DNA of 64,000 nt from Bacilli bacterium (GTDB lineage Bacteria; Bacillota_I; Bacilli_A; RF39; UBA660): assembly GCA_017441845.1 (NCBI GenBank), contig JAFRVB010000005.1, positions 22,150 through 86,149 on the forward strand, given 5' to 3'. This document shows, piece by piece, positions 31,801 to 40,038 of the stretch. The notes beneath the pieces are model-generated. The model saw only the letters and a program-made list of their open reading frames with translations, ran no database searches and had not been told where the DNA came from. Position 1 is the stretch's first letter; the number at the start of each line of letters is the position of its first letter. A program made the position numbers and the translations under genes.

Positions 31801-34800
31801 AATATTGATGGTGAGAGACCAGAATTTATCACTGTTAGATTATTAGCTAATGGAGATGAAATTGATTCTCAAACAGTTAGAGCTAAAGAAGATGGAACTT
31901 GGAGTTATTCATTCCCTAACTTACCTAAGTATGAAAATGGAGAAGAAATTAATTATACAGTTACTGAAGATGTAGTTAAATACTATACAACTGAAGTAGA
32001 TGGTTATAATATAACTAATACTCATACATTATTTACTACTGATGTTACAGTTAATAAAACTTGGGATGACGCTAATAACCAAGATGGTAAGAGACCAGGT
32101 TCTGTTACTGTAGTATTAAAAGCTGATGGAGTAGCTATCGAAGATACTGCTACATTAAGTGATAGTAATAATTGGAGTCATACTTGGGAAGATTTAGATA
32201 GAATGAATCTTTCTACTAAACAAAAAATTGTTTATACTGTTGAAGAATTACAAGTTACTGATTATACAAGTGATATTTCAGATCCTGTTATTATAGAACA
32301 AGAAACTGAAACAGACTTTGTATCTACATGGAGTTTTGATGTAACAAACTCTCATACACCAGAAGAAACAGAAGCTACTGTTAAGAAAGTATGGGATGAT
32401 GCTAATAACCAAGATGGTAAGAGACCAGCAAGTTTAGATGTTACATTAAATACTGGAAAAACAGTTACATTAAATGAAGGTAATAGTTGGACAGCAACTG
32501 TTACAGGATTACCTAAATATGCTAATGGACAAGAAATTAAATATTCATGGACTGAAGGAAGTTTACCTGAAGGTTATACAATGACTTCAAATACAACTTC
32601 AGGAACTATTACTACAATAACTAATAGTTATACTCCTGAAGAAACATCTGCTACTGTTAAGAAAGTATGGGATGATGCTAATAACCAAGATGGTAAGAGA
32701 CCAGCAAGCTTAGAAGTTGCATTAAGTAATGGTACTAAAGTAACATTAAGTGATAGTAATAACTGGACAGATACTGTTACAGGATTACCTAAATATGCTA
32801 ATGGACAAGAAATTAAATATTCATGGACTGAAGGAAGTTTACCTCAAGGTTATACAATGACTTCTAATACAACTCAAGGAACTATTACTACAATAACTAA
32901 TAGTCATACTCCAGAAGAAACAGAAGCAACAGTTAAGAAAGTATGGACAGATGCAAATAACCAAGATGGTATTAGACCAGGAAGCTTAGAAGTAACATTA
33001 AGTAACGGAGATAGTGTTACATTAAATGCAAGTAATGGTTGGACACAAACTGTTACAGGACTTCCTAAATATGCTAATGGACAAGAAATTACATATACTT
33101 GGAACGAAGAATCTGTTCCAACTGGATACGAATTAGTTTCTAATAAAACTGAAGGAACTGTTACTACAATTACTAATAAACATACTCCAGAAGTTAGAGA
33201 TGTAAATGTTAAGAAAGAGTGGATTGATGATGGTAATTCTCAAAATACTAGACCAACTTCTGTTACAGTTACATTAAAAGCTAATGGAGAAACTGCAGAT
33301 GTTGATGTTCCAACAGTTACATTAAACGAAAGTAATGGATGGCATTATACATGGACAGGTGTAGATAAGAAAGCAAATGGAGAAGATATTGAATATACTG
33401 TAGTAGAAAATCCAGTTGCTAATTATGATACAGATTATGATGAAACTGATGATGGTATAGTTGTTATTAATACTATTCAAGATCTATCAAAAGATATTCC
33501 TGTTGAAAAAGTATGGGATGATGATAATGATAGAGATGGATTAAGACCTGGAACATTAAAAGTAACTATTACTGGTAGAGTTGGAGATACTATTATTAAA
33601 GGAGCGTCTCAAACAGTTACTCTATCTAATAGTACAAGTTGGAAAGGTACATTTACTAACTTACCTGTATTCAATAAGGGAAAATTAATTAGTTATACTA
33701 TTGAAGAAGAAGATGTTTCTGGATATTCAGTAGTTGAAGAATCTACTAATACTTCTAATGAAGCTGCTGGATTCAAGATAACTAATAAACATGATCCTGT
33801 TAAGATTAAAATTTCAGGTGTTAAAAAATGGGATGATGATGAAAACAGAGATGATGCTAGACCTGGAAGCATTACAGTTAATTTATTAAAGAATGGACAA
33901 TCATTTAAGTCTCAAACTGTAACAGCAGGTGATGATGGTAATTGGTCATTCGAATTTGATGATTTATATAAATGTGAAGGTGGACAAGATATTGTTTATA
34001 CATTAACTGAAGAAACAGTTGATGGATATACAGCTGTAATTGGACAAGTAACTGAAGATACTGAAAATCTTAATAATTACACAGTTACAGTTACTAATAC
34101 TCATACACCTGAAACTATTACATATAAAATTACTAAGTCTTGGGATGATTTAGATAATAATGATGGTGTAAGACCAGCAAGTGTTACTGTTAGATTAAAA
34201 GCTGATGGAGTTGAAATTGCTTCACAAGTATTAAATGAAAGTAATGGATGGACTTATACATTCACTAATTTACCTAAATATAAACAAGGTTCAGTAGGAG
34301 TATTAATTCAATATACAATTGTTGAAGATGAAGTTGAAGGCTATGATGCTAGTTTCACTGATATAGTTAGTGATAAGACTACTACAGCAATTGAAAATAC
34401 AATTACTAATAAACATACTCCAGAATTACATGAAGATATCAAAGTTACTAAGACTTGGGTAGATGAAAATAATAAATATGGTGTAAGACCTGAAAAGATT
34501 ACTGTTAGACTATATGCTAATGGTGAAGAAGTTGATGTTTGTACATTAACTGCTGCTAATGGATGGACTTATACTTGGACAGGTCTACTTAAATATAAAG
34601 ATGGAGTAGAAATAATTTATACAATTTCTGAAGATGCTGTAAGAAATTATAGTACTAAGATAGATGGCTATAATATAACTAATACTTATAATGGTCCACA
34701 TGGAGAAATAGTACCTCCAAATACAATGGTTAGTGGAAGTGCTCTAGGTACTGCAACTAATACAAGTAATGGAGGAAACTTCAGTGTACTATTCCTATTA

Positions 34801-34848
34801 ATCTTAGGAATTGTAGGATTAATGTTCAGAAAAGAAGCAAATAATTAA
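28897..34848 (+). CDS. Giant surface adhesin with an N-terminal VWA domain and about 13 CnaB-type repeat domains
   Basis: Signal peptide; MIDAS motif VIVVFDTSSSM; repeats carrying the WDDANNQDGKRP signature; C-terminal VPPNTM, then a hydrophobic segment and RKEANN (atypical sorting signal). Confidence 0.8.
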   Translation: MKKKKGILKSKKKLTGVIVTSLLVLVAALGFLMPNNFKSILTNVRNVFAAGDEPVINKARTNNGDGTYKLSLSVKGDAEKKPQKANVIVVFDTSSSMNRSTGQTETTYTPTSSTGTGLYGLVDGEYVPLTRTSEQTGPWWNPQTTYHFWYDGVEYTGQRYNRQEANQSRLQAAQAATNSLANSLLSNNGRDGNPDDTIEIALVDFANTAVIAQAPTTDYDSFAAVVNSRDAGNNNRGTNWEAGFRTALNVNFNDNDPTYVIFVSDGNPTYYLQDPQNTQRGGTGGETTDNINTSYNQAVPAAQGVVNAGYNLYTIGIYGSVDRMEDITTDAGAPADHYYSAADTAALQEAFAEILAKIEMSGIGSAVINDGTTNQVSTSTGIVELLEVDENSYKYYKNGEEWTDPENDDEIAAHLVNGVVKWDLSKLGVLENDVTYEVTFDVYPSQTTYDYIADLENGVIEYSDLPTEVQKYLHQSGTALEGEGYSYSLDTNTEDVTLTYDDTRDEEGPQTIDFNKLNSVATTSDTISISKEWDNSIDSRTKRPVSVRILKTNDDGEFQNYCFTDSCTAELNQSNNWSLSDIHIATGLARLSGNTLTVLDTGHDYKFDELGSEAYNWELETETVHPMLINGVLTKLILVEEDAPDMGSDSYKTIDGKEYYKLDNGKVYVKSNDGANIKAENHRRSNLNIKKNVTGENANPNDKFEFTIKVTQLDENGDAIADDTTTINDDIWFSICDTSIDSTCVSPDSLVKDDSLVTGAQKEIRDGAWTGYYYTTNDSEVKVNLKDKYNIRFTNLISNTDFSVVESNKANYELDKIETTSGFESENDSKTIDKNAKKITGHIGENNTSYQVEYTNKNTVPETVEATVKKVWDDADNQDGKRPTSLEVTLSNGDSVTLNEGNNWTATVTGLPKYINGEEATYTWTEGTLPEGYSMTSNTTSGTITTITNSHTPEVTEVSGTKTWDDKDNIDGERPEFITVRLLANGDEIDSQTVRAKEDGTWSYSFPNLPKYENGEEINYTVTEDVVKYYTTEVDGYNITNTHTLFTTDVTVNKTWDDANNQDGKRPGSVTVVLKADGVAIEDTATLSDSNNWSHTWEDLDRMNLSTKQKIVYTVEELQVTDYTSDISDPVIIEQETETDFVSTWSFDVTNSHTPEETEATVKKVWDDANNQDGKRPASLDVTLNTGKTVTLNEGNSWTATVTGLPKYANGQEIKYSWTEGSLPEGYTMTSNTTSGTITTITNSYTPEETSATVKKVWDDANNQDGKRPASLEVALSNGTKVTLSDSNNWTDTVTGLPKYANGQEIKYSWTEGSLPQGYTMTSNTTQGTITTITNSHTPEETEATVKKVWTDANNQDGIRPGSLEVTLSNGDSVTLNASNGWTQTVTGLPKYANGQEITYTWNEESVPTGYELVSNKTEGTVTTITNKHTPEVRDVNVKKEWIDDGNSQNTRPTSVTVTLKANGETADVDVPTVTLNESNGWHYTWTGVDKKANGEDIEYTVVENPVANYDTDYDETDDGIVVINTIQDLSKDIPVEKVWDDDNDRDGLRPGTLKVTITGRVGDTIIKGASQTVTLSNSTSWKGTFTNLPVFNKGKLISYTIEEEDVSGYSVVEESTNTSNEAAGFKITNKHDPVKIKISGVKKWDDDENRDDARPGSITVNLLKNGQSFKSQTVTAGDDGNWSFEFDDLYKCEGGQDIVYTLTEETVDGYTAVIGQVTEDTENLNNYTVTVTNTHTPETITYKITKSWDDLDNNDGVRPASVTVRLKADGVEIASQVLNESNGWTYTFTNLPKYKQGSVGVLIQYTIVEDEVEGYDASFTDIVSDKTTTAIENTITNKHTPELHEDIKVTKTWVDENNKYGVRPEKITVRLYANGEEVDVCTLTAANGWTYTWTGLLKYKDGVEIIYTISEDAVRNYSTKIDGYNITNTYNGPHGEIVPPNTMVSGSALGTATNTSNGGNFSVLFLLILGIVGLMFRKEANN

Positions 34849-34870
34849 TATTTGCTTTTTTTGTTGACAA
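34848..34870 (+). terminator. Rho-independent terminator
   Basis: aagcaaataattaatatttgcttttttt. Confidence 0.6.
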
Positions 34871-34903
34871 ATAAGGTTAAAACCTTTATTATAGTGTGCT
34901 AAT
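34864..34903 (+). promoter_or_regulatory. Promoter module TTGACA-N17-TATTAT followed by the AGTGTGCTAA box (copy 2)
   Basis: Identical -35, spacer length, -10 and downstream box as at 28809-28848. Confidence 0.65.
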
Positions 34904-34946
34904 TAGACACATTGTTGTTTAAAATAGATTGATAGGAGGGTTACGG

Positions 34947-36398
34947 TTGAAAAGAATTATAAGTATTATAATTTTGTTTGTTGCGTTCATTTTTATGTTT
35001 AGTTCTTTTAATGTTAATGCCGAAGAATTAACTACTGATGTAGTCAGTGAAGAACAAGTAGCTAATGCTGAAAATGAGCAAGTTGAAGAAACTTCTACTG
35101 TAAATGTAACAGAGGAAACTCCTAATGATGTGGAATCTAATCCTACTCAAAGTGTTACTACAGAAGTACATAAAGTATCTGTAATTATCAATAAGACCGA
35201 TGAAGAGGGTAATCCATTAAGTGGAGCTACTCTACAAATTATAGATGCTGATGGTAATGTAGTTGAGGAATGGGTTTCTGATGGTACTGCTCATGAAGTT
35301 TTATTACCAGAAGGTAATTATACTTTACATGAAGTTTCAGCGTCTGAAGGCTATATAAAAGCCTCTGATAAGACATTTACTGTTAAAGTAGAAGTTGTTG
35401 ATTTAGATGCTGGTGTTGATTGGTCTGAAACTCCTTGTAATCATTATGGTGGAACTCCACTATATTACGTAGACTTTAATGGTCATAAAGAAGAAGTTTA
35501 TTGTATTAATCAAGACTGGGAAACACCTGATGAAAACTCTAATTATGATGGGGCAGTTTTAACTCCAACTGATATTAGAGACTATACACAACAAACTGTA
35601 GATGTTGATGCTAAAGGTAATAAAGAAAAGAAAGATATATCTGATCAAAGTTTAACTTCTCAAGAGTTATATAATAAGATTTTAGATATTATTTATCATC
35701 GTCAATTAGCGACTGATTTGTTTCCAGATTTAACCGAAGCAGAAATAAGATATATTACTGAAAATGCTCTTAAAAACTATACAAATGCTGGTTTAACGAG
35801 AGTACAAGGTGGAATTAGAAATTTAAATAATTTACCAGAAGGAGTTACTGATTATTGGTATAATGAAGATAAGGGTTATTATCAATACTTGTATACTCAT
35901 TTTAGAAGTTTTGTATATCTACCAGATGCACCACTAGGAAAAGATATTTTTACTACTAGTGTAGGCAATGGAGATGCTTTTGGTACCTTAGCTAGACATT
36001 GGAGTTCAGCACATGGTGCTAAAAATAGTCAAGCAGTAAGAGATAAAATTGCTAGATATTATGAATTATATCAATATCTAATTAGTGATACTGATCATCA
36101 TCCAAGTGATATGCATTTATACATTTTCTCAACAAATGATAAGGCATTAGATTGGTCTCAATATGACTTTGATGAAGGTACTTATCAAAACTTATTAGGA
36201 GTTAGATGGTATAATCCATATGATGAAGATAATCAAGTAGAATTAACATTAGTTAATTATAAAAAAGATACTGGTAAGACTGAAATAGTTCCACCAGTAA
36301 CTGGAATTAGTTCTAATAATACTTCTAATAGTTATCTATTAATTGTATTATTAAGTGTACTTGGATTTAGTCTAAGTTTAAAGAGAAGATTTAATTAA
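34947..36398 (+). CDS. Secreted or wall-anchored protein with an N-terminal CnaB-like domain and a C-terminal PPVTG sorting signal (possible pilin or adhesin partner)
   Basis: Probable TTG start after the taggaggg RBS; signal peptide; CnaB-like segment; C-terminal VPPVTGISS, then a hydrophobic stretch and KRRFN. Confidence 0.6.
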   Translation: MKRIISIIILFVAFIFMFSSFNVNAEELTTDVVSEEQVANAENEQVEETSTVNVTEETPNDVESNPTQSVTTEVHKVSVIINKTDEEGNPLSGATLQIIDADGNVVEEWVSDGTAHEVLLPEGNYTLHEVSASEGYIKASDKTFTVKVEVVDLDAGVDWSETPCNHYGGTPLYYVDFNGHKEEVYCINQDWETPDENSNYDGAVLTPTDIRDYTQQTVDVDAKGNKEKKDISDQSLTSQELYNKILDIIYHRQLATDLFPDLTEAEIRYITENALKNYTNAGLTRVQGGIRNLNNLPEGVTDYWYNEDKGYYQYLYTHFRSFVYLPDAPLGKDIFTTSVGNGDAFGTLARHWSSAHGAKNSQAVRDKIARYYELYQYLISDTDHHPSDMHLYIFSTNDKALDWSQYDFDEGTYQNLLGVRWYNPYDEDNQVELTLVNYKKDTGKTEIVPPVTGISSNNTSNSYLLIVLLSVLGFSLSLKRRFN

Positions 36399-36452
36399 TC
36401 TTTTCTTTTTTTATGATCTGTGGTATAATATACGGCAATCGGAGGGGTTATT

Positions 36453-37151
36453 ATGAGAAATAGATTATGGAAGATAATTAATCTATTAGTAATAATATTA
36501 GTTGTATTTACTTTTTATTTTAATCGTACTGTTGAAGTTAAATCTATTGATAATAATAAAACTGTTATTATAGATAAAATAGATAATAAGAGTAAAGATA
36601 TTAATATTAAAGAATTAAGAAAACAGTATCATAATAATGATATTATGGCTTATATTGAGATACCTGGTGTAACTAAGAGTATGGTTCTTCAAAGTAGTAA
36701 TAATGATTATTATTTAAATCATGATGTTAATAAAAAAGAAGATATTAAAGGTACTGTTGTTTTAGATTTTAGAAATAAAATAAATGATAAAAAACTATTA
36801 TTATATGGACATAGTGGTAAAGAGAAAGATTTACCTTTCTTGAAACTTAATAATTATGTAAAAAAAGATTATTGGGAAAAACATAATACAATTAACTTAT
36901 ATACATTAGATGGTAAAAAAGAATATAAGATATTTTCATCTTATATAGAGACTAATGATTATGATTATGTTAACTTAAAGAGTTTTAATGGGCTTAGTTG
37001 GTATGAACATATTAATAAATTAAAAAATAAATCTTATTATAATACAGATGTTAAATTAGATAAGAATGATAAAATAATTATTTTACAGACATGTAGTATT
37101 AATAATCAGGGTTATCAAAAATATCATTTAGTAATTGGTAAAGAAGTATAA
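36453..37151 (+). CDS. srtB: Class B sortase (SrtB-like)
   Basis: N-terminal TM; LYGHSG (His); IILQTCS (TLxTC catalytic Cys); 232-aa size; a TGtGGTATAAT promoter-like element lies upstream. Confidence 0.75.
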   Translation: MRNRLWKIINLLVIILVVFTFYFNRTVEVKSIDNNKTVIIDKIDNKSKDINIKELRKQYHNNDIMAYIEIPGVTKSMVLQSSNNDYYLNHDVNKKEDIKGTVVLDFRNKINDKKLLLYGHSGKEKDLPFLKLNNYVKKDYWEKHNTINLYTLDGKKEYKIFSSYIETNDYDYVNLKSFNGLSWYEHINKLKNKSYYNTDVKLDKNDKIIILQTCSINNQGYQKYHLVIGKEV

Positions 37152-37204
37152 TTTTATACTTCTTTTATTGTGAATTTATGATATTATTATAATAGAGGTG
37201 GATT

Positions 37205-37954
37205 ATGAAGGGTAATGTTATAATGAAGAAAAATATTATAATTATGGCTTTATTTATAGTTATATTTATTTTATGTATTGTGTTAGCTATAAGTATGAAT
37301 AAAAAGTGTGATGTTAGTACTCCGTTTAATGATAATGAAGTAAAGACAGAAAACTTAGAGACTACTAATGAAGAAGTACAAAATTTATTAACTAATATTA
37401 CTACAGGTATAGGTGAACCTTGTGGTTTAAGTAGTTATTATTTTACTAATAATAAAGTTAGTATTTCTGATTTAGGTGGAGATGTTTTATTTAAAATAGC
37501 TGTTAAACAGATAGTTGGAGATGATTATAGAGTTAATTTCTCTTTAGATAGTGTTACAGCTAAACTTAAAAATACTTTTGGTAAAAAAATACAATTTAAA
37601 GCTCAAACATATAATATTATTCCTATATACAATTATAACTATGATACATCAACATATGAGTATCAAAATGATACAGGTATGGTAAAAGTATGTACAGGAG
37701 ATAAAAATCTTGTTAGAGTGGTTAAAGCAGAAAAAAAAGATAATAAATTAGAAGTACAAGTTAGAGTAATATTTAATAAGAGCGGTAATTATTATTCTGA
37801 TCCTACTTTTAGTAATCAATTAACTAATTTAGAAAAAATAGGAAATACTATTAGTATGAGTGATACTAATATGAGACAAGGATCTTTATATAAAATAATC
37901 TTTAATAAAGAAAATAATCATTATATCTTTATTTCATCTGATTTAGTTAGATAG
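37205..37954 (+). CDS. Hypothetical membrane-anchored protein
   Basis: N-terminal TM; no recognised motifs. Confidence 0.4.
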   Translation: MKGNVIMKKNIIIMALFIVIFILCIVLAISMNKKCDVSTPFNDNEVKTENLETTNEEVQNLLTNITTGIGEPCGLSSYYFTNNKVSISDLGGDVLFKIAVKQIVGDDYRVNFSLDSVTAKLKNTFGKKIQFKAQTYNIIPIYNYNYDTSTYEYQNDTGMVKVCTGDKNLVRVVKAEKKDNKLEVQVRVIFNKSGNYYSDPTFSNQLTNLEKIGNTISMSDTNMRQGSLYKIIFNKENNHYIFISSDLVR

Positions 37955-37963
37955 AGGTGATTT

Positions 37964-38383
37964 ATGAGAGATCCTGAGTTTATTTCTTTAAGGAATAAAG
38001 TATTAATTGGGCTAGGAATATTTATTGTATTTATTACTTTGATAATAATGATAATGTATAGATTCCTAGGTAATTATAGTGGTAAAGTATATGAAGATGT
38101 AGTAGCTGATAAAACTTTTGTGTTCTTACAAGTTAGTGATAACTGTAAGATGTGTGATAGTGTTATTAATGTTTTAGATGAAAGAGATATTAAATATGAG
38201 ATACTTACTATGTCTTTAAAAGATAGACATGAAGATGTTTATAAAGTGTTAAAAGTTGATAGTAGAAATATTAAAGCACCTGGTTTGTTTTATATAAATA
38301 AGGGTGAAGTTGTTTCTTATTTGAGTGATATAGAAAAAGAAGATGAACTTAATGATTTTATAGATAATTATTTAGGAGGTTAG
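37964..38383 (+). CDS. Membrane-anchored glutaredoxin/thioredoxin-like CxxC protein
   Basis: N-terminal TM; CKMC motif in a Grx-like context (FVFLQVSDNCKMCDSV). Confidence 0.45.
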   Translation: MRDPEFISLRNKVLIGLGIFIVFITLIIMIMYRFLGNYSGKVYEDVVADKTFVFLQVSDNCKMCDSVINVLDERDIKYEILTMSLKDRHEDVYKVLKVDSRNIKAPGLFYINKGEVVSYLSDIEKEDELNDFIDNYLGG

Positions 38384-38385
38384 AT

Positions 38386-39117
38386 ATGGTAGTATTAGTT
38401 ACTGGATCTAGTAGAGGTATAGGTAGAAGTATTATTCTTGAATATGCGAGAAGAGGCCTTGATGTAGTTATTAATTATCATAAGAATGATGAAGCAGCTA
38501 AAAAATTAGAAAAAGAAATTAAAGATAAATATGATGTTAGAGTATTAACTATAAAATGTGATGTTTCTAAAGAAGATGAAGTAGAAGCAATGTTTAATCA
38601 AATAATTGATGAATTTGGTAAATTAGATATTTTAGTTAATAATGCTGGAGTATCAAGAGACACGATGTTTATGGATATTAGGGTTAAAGATTTTAAAAGA
38701 ATCTTAGATGTAAATTTAATAGGTGCTTATCTATGTAGTAAGTATGCACTTAAAGAAATGCTTAATAATAAGAAGGGTAATATAGTAAATATTTCATCTA
38801 CTAATGCGATAGATACTTATTATCCAGAAAGTGCTTGTTATGATGCATCTAAAGCTGGTATAATATCTTTGACACATAATTTAGCGTTAGAAGGAGCTCC
38901 ATTTGTTAGAGTAAATGCTATTTGTCCTGGATGGGTTAATACTGATATGAATAAAAATCTTAGTATTGAACAGATTGAAGAGGAAAAAAAGAATATTTTA
39001 CTTAATAAGTTTGGTGATCCTAAAGAAATCGCTAAAGTAGTTGTTTTTGTAAGTAGTAGTGATGCTAGTTACATTAATGATAGTATCATCAGAGTTGATG
39101 GTGGAAAATATAATTAA
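38386..39117 (+). CDS. Short-chain dehydrogenase/reductase (FabG-like 3-oxoacyl-ACP reductase)
   Basis: VTGSSRGIGRSI Rossmann motif; NNAG; catalytic YDASKAG. Confidence 0.75.
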   Translation: MVVLVTGSSRGIGRSIILEYARRGLDVVINYHKNDEAAKKLEKEIKDKYDVRVLTIKCDVSKEDEVEAMFNQIIDEFGKLDILVNNAGVSRDTMFMDIRVKDFKRILDVNLIGAYLCSKYALKEMLNNKKGNIVNISSTNAIDTYYPESACYDASKAGIISLTHNLALEGAPFVRVNAICPGWVNTDMNKNLSIEQIEEEKKNILLNKFGDPKEIAKVVVFVSSSDASYINDSIIRVDGGKYN

Positions 39118-39131
39118 AAAGGAGGAGTTTT

Positions 39132-39791
39132 ATGTATAATACGTATAATTATGGGAACGATTATAATGAATTATTTAATAACATGATGAGTAGTTCAGAT
39201 GGAGCAGCAATCATAGGAGGAATAGTTGTAGTAATTTTAATAATTGCTTTAATTGCTTTAATTATAGGAATCCTAACAATAATCATCAATTGGAAATTAC
39301 TTAAGAAAATGGGTAATGAAGGATGGAAAGCACTTATCCCAGTATATAATACTTGGTCACTTTGTGAAGGAATAGGTCTATGTCCTCACTGGGCATGGAT
39401 TGTTGTAGTTGCTGGTGCAGTTTTAAGCCCAATTCCTGGATTAGGAGGTTTAGCTGCGACAGTTATTACTATGTATTTTGCAATAATTTATTGTATCTCT
39501 TTAGCTAGAACATTTGGTAAGAGTGATGGGTTTGCAGCACTATTATTTTTCTTCTTTCCAATTGCAGGTTTCTTCTTATTAAGTGGTGAATATGATGGAC
39601 CTAAAGCATGTCATGATATTGTTTTCGATGATTGGATTAAAACTAACAAAAAAGAAGAAAATAAGGTTTCTGAAGCTAAAGTAGTTGAAGAAGAGAAAAA
39701 ACCTGAAGAAGACGTTAAATATTGTCCTGCATGTGGGACAAAAGTTGATAAAGATACTAAGTATTGTCCATCTTGCGGGAAAGAATTATAA
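39132..39791 (+). CDS. Membrane protein with a C-terminal double zinc ribbon
   Basis: Four hydrophobic segments; C-terminal YCPACGTK...YCPSCGK. Confidence 0.45.
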   Translation: MYNTYNYGNDYNELFNNMMSSSDGAAIIGGIVVVILIIALIALIIGILTIIINWKLLKKMGNEGWKALIPVYNTWSLCEGIGLCPHWAWIVVVAGAVLSPIPGLGGLAATVITMYFAIIYCISLARTFGKSDGFAALLFFFFPIAGFFLLSGEYDGPKACHDIVFDDWIKTNKKEENKVSEAKVVEEEKKPEEDVKYCPACGTKVDKDTKYCPSCGKEL

Positions 39792-39792
39792 T

Positions 39793-39830
39793 AGTAAAAA
39801 GTACTTGAAAAATAAGTACTTTTTTGTTAT
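39793..39830 (+). terminator. Rho-independent terminator
   Basis: aaaagtacttgaaaaataagtactttttt. Confidence 0.6.
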
Positions 39831-39852
39831 AATCTTATTTGTCAAGTGAGAT

Positions 39853-39929
39853 GTCTGCGTAGCTCAGCTGGATAGAGCAATCGCCTTCTAAGCGATCGGT
39901 CAGGCGTTCGAATCGCCTCGCGGACACCA
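39853..39929 (+). tRNA. tRNA-Arg (anticodon TCT)
   Basis: Acceptor GTCTGCG/CGCGGAC; anticodon loop CTTCTAA; T-loop TTCGAAT; CCA end. Confidence 0.8.
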
Positions 39930-39939
39930 TTTTGTCTAA

Positions 39940-39970
39940 AGAGTTGTACTTTATAGTACAACTTTTTTAT
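39940..39970 (+). terminator. Rho-independent terminator after tRNA-Arg
   Basis: agttgtactttatagtacaactttttt. Confidence 0.6.
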
Positions 39971-40038
39971 TTTGGAAATTAATTCGAACGCTAGTAGTAT
40001 ACTTAGTATTTTTAGATAATATTATTAATGGGGATATT

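Noticed and set aside
34929-34946. ORF-track start (MIGGLRL) for the 484-aa CnaB protein
   Set aside because: That reading translates the Shine-Dalgarno sequence itself (ataggaggg). A TTG at 34947 with correct spacing gives a typical signal peptide (MKRIISIIILF).
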